Shown piece after piece: positions 56,395 to 64,000 of a stretch of DNA of 64,000 nucleotides; the first letter of the stretch is position 1; each line of letters opens with the position of its first letter. Under the pieces are notes generated by a model that was not told the DNA's origin, did no database searches, and was given only the letters and a program-made list of their open reading frames with translations. A program made the position numbers and the translations under genes. Source of the DNA: Alphaproteobacteria bacterium (GTDB taxonomy: Bacteria > Pseudomonadota > Alphaproteobacteria > Micropepsales > Micropepsaceae); assembly GCA_028871895.1 (NCBI GenBank), contig JAGWLZ010000017.1, forward strand, positions 15,933 through 79,932, written 5' to 3'.

Positions 56395-58065
56395 ATGGCC
56401 CAACACACTAGTGTTGACCCAACAAAGCGCATTCAAGAATTGACCCATCTTTATGGCGCAAGGGATGTGAGCGTCGCCGCCCTTCTGTGCGACGGACATA
56501 ATCCCCATGCGATAGCCTATCGTGTGATCGACGAGGACCTCTCATCGGTCGATGTCACATATGGGGAGTTACGCGAAAAGTCTGAGCGCTTGGCAGCCGG
56601 TTTTCGCTCCCTAGGCGTGAAACCTGGCGATCGCGTTGCGACCTTGATGGGCAAGAGTGTCGAGTATCTTGTCACCTTGCTGGCGATTTGGCGGCTCGGC
56701 GCGGTCCACGTCCCCTTGTTCACGGCCTTCGCCGCGCCGGCTGTGGCCGTGCGCTTAAAGGGAAGCGCTGCGAAGCTGGTGGTCAGCGATGGGCGCCAAC
56801 TTTCAAAACTTGCGCAGACCGAAAAAATGCCAGAGTTCCCGGTCCGTATCGTCTCCACGGCAAACCAGACCGGATCTGGAATCGTAAGTTTTGACGAACT
56901 GTTGTCCTCGCACAGCTCAGGAATGGTTCCCGCAGCGCTGGGCGGCGAGGCGCCCATCATCCACATCTACACCTCTGGCACGACCGGGATACCCAAAGCT
57001 GTTGTGGTGCCGGCGCGGGCTATCGCCAGCTTTCGGGCCTATGCCGAGTTCGGGCTAGGCCTCAGGCCGGACGATACTTACTGGTGCGCAGCCGATCCGG
57101 GATGGGCCTATGGTCTTTATCTCGGCGTGATTGGATCCCTGGCGACCGGCATACGGAGCATCTTCTATCGAGGTGGTTTCAGCGCTGAGGCAACGATCGC
57201 CATTCTGAGGCGTGATGGAGTTACAAACTTCGCTGCGGCCCCCACCGTGTACCGCGCAATGATGTCCGCGGCCATCCCGGCAGGGGGTGGTCTCAAATTG
57301 CGTTGTGCGTCGAGCGCGGGCGAGCCGCTGACGCCGGAGATCAACGAGTGGGCGGTGTCCACTCTGGGTGCCCCCGTCCACGATCATTATGGGCAAACCG
57401 AAGCGGGCATGCTGATCAACAATCATCACCATCCTGCGCTGCGCCGGCCGCTCAAGGTCGGGTCGATGGGGCAAGCCATGCCGGGCTGGCGCGCGGTGAT
57501 ATTAGAGGAGTATCGTGACGAACTGGCTAGTGTCGGCACCTACGGCCGTGTTGCCTTCGAAGTGAACGAGAGTCCGCTGGTTTGGTTCTCCGGCTACTAC
57601 GATGACCCTGCCAAGAGTGCCGAACGATTTGCCGGCAATGGGCGCTGGTACCTGACAGGTGACACCGGTCGCGTCGACGAAGACGGCTATTACTATTTCT
57701 CCGCGCGCGATGATGACGTGATCATCATGGCCGGCTACAGGATCGGACCGCTCGAAGTCGAATCTGTCATTCTTTCCCATCCCGATGTTCTTCAGTGCGC
57801 CGTAATCGGCGCACCGGATGTTACGCGGGGGGAGGTCCTGGAAGCCTTCGTTGTCCTGAAAACACCCGACAGCGCCATCGCCGCGAAAGCGGTCGATATC
57901 CAACAATGGGTCAAGAAGCGTTATGCCGCACACGCCTATCCGCGCGTTGTCCATTTTGTAGACGACCTACCCAAGACCCCCAGTGGAAAAATCCAGCGCG
58001 CAATCTTACGCCAGAAGCGCTGCAGCGAGCTTTTGATCACCAGCCATCTGTCCAGTCGCAAATGA
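56395..58065 (+). CDS. Short/medium-chain acyl-CoA synthetase (AMP-forming)
   Basis: YTSGTTG.PKAV, W..ADPGWAYG, SSAGEPL, DHYGQTE, YLTGD, R.DDVI..AGYRIGP.EVES, PKT.SGKIQR. Confidence 0.92.
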   Translation: MAQHTSVDPTKRIQELTHLYGARDVSVAALLCDGHNPHAIAYRVIDEDLSSVDVTYGELREKSERLAAGFRSLGVKPGDRVATLMGKSVEYLVTLLAIWRLGAVHVPLFTAFAAPAVAVRLKGSAAKLVVSDGRQLSKLAQTEKMPEFPVRIVSTANQTGSGIVSFDELLSSHSSGMVPAALGGEAPIIHIYTSGTTGIPKAVVVPARAIASFRAYAEFGLGLRPDDTYWCAADPGWAYGLYLGVIGSLATGIRSIFYRGGFSAEATIAILRRDGVTNFAAAPTVYRAMMSAAIPAGGGLKLRCASSAGEPLTPEINEWAVSTLGAPVHDHYGQTEAGMLINNHHHPALRRPLKVGSMGQAMPGWRAVILEEYRDELASVGTYGRVAFEVNESPLVWFSGYYDDPAKSAERFAGNGRWYLTGDTGRVDEDGYYYFSARDDDVIIMAGYRIGPLEVESVILSHPDVLQCAVIGAPDVTRGEVLEAFVVLKTPDSAIAAKAVDIQQWVKKRYAAHAYPRVVHFVDDLPKTPSGKIQRAILRQKRCSELLITSHLSSRK

Positions 58066-58127
58066 AACCTCGCGCTCGCGGTGCATCCGCGGCTGGCATG
58101 TGTCGCGTTGTTAAGGGAGTTTGGTTC

Positions 58128-59144
58128 ATGCGTTCAAGTGGGGGATATGAACTCGTTCTGGTTGGAGATCTCGGGGGAACTAACGCCCGATTAGGTATCG
58201 CCAGCTTCGATCGCGGACGCCCTGTTCTGCGGTCGTGCACCACGCTCAGTGCGTCGGACTTCCGAGCGCCGGAAGACCTTATTGCTGCCTATCTTGCTTG
58301 TTTGTCGTTGCCGAGCCCTCCCTGGGCGGCCGTACTTGCAGCTGCGGGCCCCGTTGCGCGCGGCTGCGTTTTTTTCACCAATCTTAATTGGCACATCTCG
58401 GAAGACGTTCTGGCAAGAAAGTTCGGCTTGGAACGGGCTCTATTGGTCAATGACTTCGTTGCCCTCGCAAAATCCATACCCGCGCTCGCCAGTAACGACG
58501 TTACAATCATTGGACCGGAACTCGACGGTACGCCTGGTGAGGCCGTCGCCGTTCTAGGCCCTGGCACCGGGTTTGGGGTCAGTGCGATTGTTACCAGGGA
58601 CGGGCACGAGACGGTCCTTCCGACAGAAGGTGGTCACCTGCCATTTGCCCCTCGCTATGAAGTCGAGATTGTTGTCTGGCGCGCGCTTTGTGAGCGGTTT
58701 AACCGCGTTTCGATTGAGCGAATTCTCTCAGGTCCCGGCCTCCTCAATCTCTATTCGACGCTTTGCCGGATCGACGGGAAAATTCCAGTCTTCTCCGATC
58801 CTGGCCAGATCACAAGCGCGGCAGAGGAAGGTGATGAGCTTGCGGCGCGAACGGTTGATGAGTTCTGCGCAATTCTCGGTTCAGTCGCCGGTGATATTGC
58901 GCTCAGCCTCGGCGCGCGCGGCGGCGTCCTTATTGGTGGCGGTATGGCCCCACGGTTGCTGGGCCGGCTGCAATCCGGTGCATTCCGCAAATCCTTTGAG
59001 GCAAAAGGTCGGCTCGAAGCCTACGTCAAGGGCATACCGACACGCGTCATCGTTCAACCCTACGCGACGCTCTTGGGCGCCGCGCGGATATTGATGCACG
59101 ACAGAACATCTGTGGAGGCGAATAGAGTGCCTGCTTCGCGTTGA
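58128..59144 (+). CDS. glk: Glucokinase (Glk family)
   Basis: GDLGGTNARL, AGPV, TNLNW, L.NDF.ALA, GPGTG.GV, EGGH..FAP, ER.LSGPGL..LY, GG...FR..FE.KGR. Confidence 0.92.
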   Translation: MRSSGGYELVLVGDLGGTNARLGIASFDRGRPVLRSCTTLSASDFRAPEDLIAAYLACLSLPSPPWAAVLAAAGPVARGCVFFTNLNWHISEDVLARKFGLERALLVNDFVALAKSIPALASNDVTIIGPELDGTPGEAVAVLGPGTGFGVSAIVTRDGHETVLPTEGGHLPFAPRYEVEIVVWRALCERFNRVSIERILSGPGLLNLYSTLCRIDGKIPVFSDPGQITSAAEEGDELAARTVDEFCAILGSVAGDIALSLGARGGVLIGGGMAPRLLGRLQSGAFRKSFEAKGRLEAYVKGIPTRVIVQPYATLLGAARILMHDRTSVEANRVPASR

Positions 59145-59249
59145 CCACGGCGGCCGAAGTCGCGGACCACCTGCCTTTCATTGTCGCAGCTAACGCCTGG
59201 CAAAAGTTGTGACGAAGATTTTGTTAATGCTCCAATGATGGGTGGGGTG

Positions 59250-60404
59250 ATGAATATCAAGAGTGGACCAGAGCCTGGACGGAAGAAATCTGTTGCGCTC
59301 TCCGGCGTTACGGCGGGGAACACGGCGCTATGTACGGTGGGTCGCAGCGGCAATGACCTGCATTATCGCGGGTATGATATTCTCGATGTGGCAGAGACCT
59401 GTACGTTCGAAGAGATTGCGCATCTTCTGATTCACGAACGCCTTCCGTCGGCCAAAGAGCTCGCTGCATATAAGACAAAGCTCAAGCGGCTGCGCGGTCT
59501 GCCCGTGCCTGTGCGCACCGTGCTCGAAACACTACCTGCCTCGACACACCCGATGGATGTCATGCGCACGGCAGTCTCCACGCTCGGCTGTCTGAACCCC
59601 GAAAGCACCCAGCACACGACGAGCGAAGCGCGCGATATCGCCGATCATCTGCTGGCGTTTCTCGGCCCGGCGCTGCTCTACTGGTTCCAGTTCAGCCGTC
59701 ACGGCCGTCGCATGGAGGTCGAGACAGACGACGACAGCATTGCCGGTCAGTTCCTGCACCTGTTGCATGGTGAGCCGCCACCGGAATCATGGGTCAGGGC
59801 GATGCAAACCTCGCTCAACCTCTATGCCGAGCACGAGTTCAACGCCTCGACCTTCACCGCGCGGGTCATCGCGGGCACGGGATCGGACTTCTACTCCTCC
59901 ATTTCCGGCGCCATAGGCGCCTTGCGCGGCCCCAAGCACGGCGGAGCCAACGAGGTCGCCTTCGAGATCCAGAGCCGCTATGCGAACCCCGATGATGCGG
60001 AAGCCGATATCCGCAAGCGCGTGGCCAACAAGGAGGTCGTCATCGGCTTCGGCCACCCGGTCTACACCATCTCCGATCCGCGCAACCGTGTGATCAAAAA
60101 CATGGCCCGCAGGCTCACGGATGAGGCCTGCTCGGTCACGCTCTTCGCCGTGGCCGAACGCATCGAATCCGTCATGGCCGAGACTAAGAAGATGTTCCCC
60201 AACCTCGATTGGTTCAGCGCCGTGAGCTACCACCTGATGGACATCCCGACCGCGCTCTTCACGCCGATCTTCGTCATCGCGCGCACCGCAGGCTGGAGCG
60301 GGCACATCATCGAGCAACGCCTCGACGGCAAGATCATTCGCCCTTCGGCCAATTACGTCGGTCCGGAGTCACGGCCCTTCGTTCCCCTCGGCCAGCGCGG
60401 CTGA
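59250..60404 (+). CDS. prpC: 2-methylcitrate synthase
   Basis: [79 protein letters not shown]. Confidence 0.95.
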   Translation: MNIKSGPEPGRKKSVALSGVTAGNTALCTVGRSGNDLHYRGYDILDVAETCTFEEIAHLLIHERLPSAKELAAYKTKLKRLRGLPVPVRTVLETLPASTHPMDVMRTAVSTLGCLNPESTQHTTSEARDIADHLLAFLGPALLYWFQFSRHGRRMEVETDDDSIAGQFLHLLHGEPPPESWVRAMQTSLNLYAEHEFNASTFTARVIAGTGSDFYSSISGAIGALRGPKHGGANEVAFEIQSRYANPDDAEADIRKRVANKEVVIGFGHPVYTISDPRNRVIKNMARRLTDEACSVTLFAVAERIESVMAETKKMFPNLDWFSAVSYHLMDIPTALFTPIFVIARTAGWSGHIIEQRLDGKIIRPSANYVGPESRPFVPLGQRG

Positions 60405-60441
60405 GCCGTCGTCTCAATTCCAAGTCCAGAAAAGGTTGATC

Positions 60442-61893
60442 ATGTCGTCTGCCATCAGCACCGTCCGTCCCGCGCCCGATCAGGTCCTAGTCGATATCGC
60501 CCAATATGCCGACCGGTACGAAATCAAAAGCCAGCTCGCCTATGAGACCGCGCGCAATTGCCTGATCGACACGCTGGGGTGCGGGCTGGAAGCCCTGGAG
60601 TATCCGGCCTGCACCAAGCTCCTCGGACCGATCGTGCCCGGCATGACGGTGCCAAATGGCGCCAAGGTGCCGGGGACGAGTTACCAACTCGACCCCGTCC
60701 AGGCCGCCTTCAACATCGGTGCCATGATTCGCTGGCTCGACTTCAACGATACGTGGCTCGCAGCCGAATGGGGACATCCCTCCGATAATCTGGGAGCGAT
60801 CCTCGCCACCGCCGACTGGCTGTCCCGCCAAGCGATGGCCGAAGGCAGGGCGCCGCTCGCGATGCGCGACGTGCTCACCGCTATGATCAAGGCCCATGAG
60901 ATCCAGGGTTGCCTGGCGCTGGAGAACGCCTTCAACAAGGTCGGCCTTGATCATGTGGTGCTGGTCAAGGTGGCCTCCACTGCCGTCGTCGCCAAGATGC
61001 TGGGGCTTTCGCGCGACCAGATCATTGACGCGGTATCCCAAGCCTGGGTCGACGGCCAATCGCTGCGCACGTATCGCCATGCCCCCAACACCGGCTCGCG
61101 CAAGAGCTGGGCGGCGGGCGATGCCACGAGCCGCGCCGTACGCCTCGCGCTTATCGCCAAGACGGGCGAGATGGGCTACCCCACCGTGCTGACGGCGAAG
61201 ACCTGGGGTTTCTACGATTCCCTCTTCCGCGGTCGTTCCTTCGAATTTCAACGACCCTACGGCTCCTATGTGATGGAGAACGTGCTCTTCAAGGTCTCCT
61301 ATCCGGCGGAGTTCCATTCCCAAACCGCAGTCGAGGCGGCCATGACACTGCACGGCAAGTTCAAGGCAATGGGAAAATCGAGCGAGGACATCGCGAAGAT
61401 CACCATCCGCACGCACGAAGCCTGCATCCGCATCATCGACAAGAAAGGGCCGCTCGCCAATCCGGCCGACCGCGACCACTGCATCCAGTACATGGTGGCA
61501 GTGCCCCTGATCTTCGGCCGTCTCACCGCCGCCGACTATGAGGATACCGTCGCCGCCGATCCGCGCATCGACGCCTTGCGGACCAAGATCGCCTGCGTGG
61601 AAGACCCGCAGTTCACGCGCGACTATCACGACCCTGACAAGCGTTCTATCGCCAATGCGCTGACGGTCGTGCTGAAGGACGGCACGAAGCTAGACGAGGC
61701 CGTTGTCGAATATCCCATCGGCCACAAGCGCCGGCGCGGGGACGGCATCCCGCTTCTGGAAGCCAAGTTCCGCACAAACCTGGAGCGACGCCTGTCACGC
61801 CGCCAGCAGGAGACAATCCTTCAGGTGTCGCTCGACCAGACACGCCTGGAGGCCGTGCCCGTGCCGGCCTATGTTGATCTCTACGCTGTCTGA
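60442..61893 (+). CDS. prpD: 2-methylcitrate dehydratase
   Basis: AAFNIG.MIRWLDFNDTWLAAEWGHPSDNLG, LRTYRHAPNTGSRKSWAAGDA, LFK.S.PAEFHSQTAVE, PADRDHCIQYM, EYPIGH.RRR. Confidence 0.96.
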   Translation: MSSAISTVRPAPDQVLVDIAQYADRYEIKSQLAYETARNCLIDTLGCGLEALEYPACTKLLGPIVPGMTVPNGAKVPGTSYQLDPVQAAFNIGAMIRWLDFNDTWLAAEWGHPSDNLGAILATADWLSRQAMAEGRAPLAMRDVLTAMIKAHEIQGCLALENAFNKVGLDHVVLVKVASTAVVAKMLGLSRDQIIDAVSQAWVDGQSLRTYRHAPNTGSRKSWAAGDATSRAVRLALIAKTGEMGYPTVLTAKTWGFYDSLFRGRSFEFQRPYGSYVMENVLFKVSYPAEFHSQTAVEAAMTLHGKFKAMGKSSEDIAKITIRTHEACIRIIDKKGPLANPADRDHCIQYMVAVPLIFGRLTAADYEDTVAADPRIDALRTKIACVEDPQFTRDYHDPDKRSIANALTVVLKDGTKLDEAVVEYPIGHKRRRGDGIPLLEAKFRTNLERRLSRRQQETILQVSLDQTRLEAVPVPAYVDLYAV

Positions 61894-61908
61894 ACGTCGG
61901 AGCGAATT

Positions 61909-62826
61909 ATGACCTACCTCGTCGGATCGAGCCTGCCGGATTTGTCCGCAGGCGAACACTTGCGCCGGCTTCTCGCCCGGCCGGGAATTCTTAAGATGCC
62001 GGGCGCACAGAACGGATTGGCCGCCCTGCAGGCCAAGGCAGCCGGCTTTGAGGCACTTTATTTGTCCGGTGCGGCCATGACGGCGTCGATGGGATTGCCA
62101 GACCTTGGCATTATCACCGTCGATGAGGTGTGTTTCTTCGTCCGTCAGGTGGCACGCGCCAGCGGCTTGCCCGTCCTCGTCGACGGCGATACGGGATACG
62201 GTGAGGCCCTCAATGTCATGCACATGGTGCGCGCCTTCGAGGATGCCGGCGCCGCCGCAGTCCACATTGAGGACCAGCTCCTCCCCAAGAAGTGCGGCCA
62301 CCTCAACGACAAGAAGCTTGCCGCGCCCGCCGACACGGCGGCTAAGATCGCGGGTGCCTGCAAGGCCCGCCGTCACCTTTTCATCATCGCCCGTACTGAC
62401 GCCGCCGCCAGCGAAGGCCTGGACGGCGCGGTGGCCCGCGCCGAGCTCTATCTCGAAGCGGGCGCCGACGCGATCTTTCCCGAAGCGTTGACCAGCGCCG
62501 AGATGTTCAAGGCGTTCGCCGCGCGCATGAAGGCTCCTCTTCTCGCCAATATGACCGAGTTCGGCCGTACGCCCTTCTTCACAGCGAGCGAGTTCGAAGC
62601 CATGGGATATAAGATGGTGATCTGGCCGGTGAGCTCCTTGCGCATTGCGGCCAAAGCCCAGCAGGATTTTTACCGTGACCTCATGAAGGACGGCGGCGCA
62701 CACAACACCACCGACCATATGCAGACCAGGCAGGAACTCTACGACACCATCGGGTACGGCGATTACGAAGCCCTCGATAAATCGATCGTGAAAACTGTCG
62801 TACCCAAAAGCACACTGTCTCAATAG
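61909..62826 (+). CDS. prpB: 2-methylisocitrate lyase
   Basis: YLSGAA..AS.GLPDLG, DGDTGYG, IEDQ..PKKCGH, ARTDA, GAD.IFPEAL, LANMTEFG.TP. Confidence 0.95.
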   Translation: MTYLVGSSLPDLSAGEHLRRLLARPGILKMPGAQNGLAALQAKAAGFEALYLSGAAMTASMGLPDLGIITVDEVCFFVRQVARASGLPVLVDGDTGYGEALNVMHMVRAFEDAGAAAVHIEDQLLPKKCGHLNDKKLAAPADTAAKIAGACKARRHLFIIARTDAAASEGLDGAVARAELYLEAGADAIFPEALTSAEMFKAFAARMKAPLLANMTEFGRTPFFTASEFEAMGYKMVIWPVSSLRIAAKAQQDFYRDLMKDGGAHNTTDHMQTRQELYDTIGYGDYEALDKSIVKTVVPKSTLSQ

Positions 62827-62902
62827 ACACCGTTTCAGTCAGGGGTATTTCAGGGCGCCCAGCCGCGTACCAATAGCTCAACGAGAGAGTCTCAAGTAGC
62901 GG

Positions 62903-63856
62903 GTGCATCAGAGAGGTCTCGCATTGATTTCGCGAGAAGTTCTGTACCAGCTTGTCTGGTCCAAGCCGGTGACAAAAGTCGCCGCCGAATTCGGTGTCTC
63001 CGGCAGCTACCTAGCCAGAATGTGTACTCTGCTGAACGTTCCTCGACCCGAACGAGGCTACTGGGCCAAGCTTGCCGTTGGGAAGGCCCCTTCACCCCAG
63101 CCGCTCCCAGAACCGCGTCTGGGCGATCAGCTACATTGGTCAAACGATGGGCTACAACCTCCCCAACCGCCACCACCGCGATCCGTCCCTATCCGGCGCA
63201 AGCGACGAATTCGTTTGCCAGAAAATCAAATTCACAACTTGGTCGCCGGCGCAAAAGTGCACTTCGAAAACAGCAGAACTGAGGGCGATGAGGGTTATCT
63301 TAAACCCTTCAAAAAGCTGCTTGTCGATGTGACCGCCTCTAGGGCTTGCCTGAGTAAGGCGTTGGACTTCGCCAACACTTTATTCAACGAGTTCGAGGCT
63401 TGGGCACCGAGTCGTATTGGCCTCTTCAGAGGCCAATTTGCGGCGCGCCAACGTCGATGAACGCGACGTGCGAATCAAGCAGAGAAATGAATACTACTGG
63501 GGCAATCTCTGGTCTCCTCAACGCCCGACTGTAGTTTATCTCGGGAGTGTGGCCATTGGACTCGCTATCGTCGAGATGTCGGAAGAGGTGTTGCTCCGTT
63601 ATGTCAGCGGAAAATACATCCGAGAAACGGATTACCATCCCGCCAAAACATCTCGCTACGGTGCTGACCACACATGGACGACGCCCCGTGAACTCCCATC
63701 GGGTCGGCTTCGGCTCATCGCCTATTCACCCTATCGGCGGGTCAACTGGTCTAAAGAGTGGCACGAAACGACCAAGTCCTCTCTGCTAACCGCGATCAAA
63801 ACCCTAGCCAAATCGGTCGAGAACGAGGCCGCGGCCATGATGGTGAAGCTCGAAGA
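62903..63856 (+). pseudogene. Conserved hypothetical mobile-element protein, frameshifted (~63400) and truncated by IS21
   Basis: N-terminus SRE.LY.LVWSKP.TKVAA.FGVSGSYLAR.C..LNVPRP.RGYWAKLA.GK (HTH-like). The protein-like reading continues in the second frame (LGHRVVLASSEANLRR...). ORF ends 10 codons into IS DNA. Confidence 0.65.
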
Positions 63857-64000
63857 TGTAAATTCGCTCGCAATAATGACCCCCTGAGGGGTGTTTTTCG
63901 CGTCCAAAACCGACCCCTCTGACGAGATGTGTCAGCGTCCTTCCTTTGGCCTGAGTTGGCCGGGAAGGACTGGAGGGGATGATCGGCGTGGACATGATCG
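63857..64000 (+). mobile_element. Left end of an IS21-family element
   Basis: Starts TGT. Internal repeats CAATAATGACCCC (63871-63883) and CAAAACCGACCCC (63905-63917). SD GGAGGGG precedes an ATG at 63979. Confidence 0.65.
63979..64000 (+). CDS. istA: IS21 transposase IstA, first 7 codons only
   Basis: MIGVDMI... after a strong SD, downstream of an IS21-like terminus. Confidence 0.5.

Noticed and set aside
3105-59249. Longest-ORF starts given by the track for parB, traI, ocd, M14, sugar porter, trehalase, esterase, TBDR3, glk and prpC
   Set aside because: The extensions overlap neighbouring genes or lack an SD. Downstream starts with SD or ATGA coupling were used instead.
194-64000. Many long alternative-frame ORFs in the track (e.g. 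774-1232, 2793-3593, 30940-31686, 51278-52192, 60487-61629, 61795-62823)
   Set aside because: Antisense or shifted shadows of well-supported genes, expected in high-GC DNA; no motifs.
1-64000. tRNA, rRNA, CRISPR, att sites, integrase, T4SS and tonB/exbBD genes
   Set aside because: None recognised by eye in this window; a tRNAscan/Infernal run would be needed to exclude small RNAs.

Overview
This is a high-GC alphaproteobacterial sequence. The left ~9.7 kb is the transfer and regulatory core of an integrative conjugative element (ICE) of the Mesorhizobium ICEMlSym type. It contains the relaxase 5' end, a candidate oriT, a lytic transglycosylase, traF, an rdfS-like excisionase, and leading-region genes (DUF736, long ParB, an acidic orphan, ardC); DUF736 and ardC each have a large ssDNA-type foldback upstream. 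It also carries a complete quorum-sensing switch: traR, traI, fseA (in-frame, no frameshift needed), qseM and qseC. The remaining ~54 kb is catabolic cargo built from modules. (A) putR/putA-gdhA-pckA points directly into traR. (B) A lower-GC GntR-TonB receptor-MFS-three peptidase/hydrolase-D-amino acid dehydrogenase-OCD-CapA operon is flanked by an IS5. (C) TonB receptor-esterase-tannase-GH3-trehalase-sugar porter. (D) A PAS protein and a wHTH-like/cyclase/STAND/TPR regulator. (E) A Cache protein and TonB receptor, divergent from carboxylesterase-thiolase-SDR-acyl-CoA ligase-glucokinase-prpCDB. The window ends in a frameshifted gene interrupted by the left end of an IS21-family element. The most exciting hypothesis is an opine-like, nutrient-gated (proline) control of ICE conjugation. 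Integrase, att sites and T4SS genes are not in the window. No rRNA, tRNA or CRISPR array was recognised. All protein calls come from recognised motifs and remembered family features, not from database searches.
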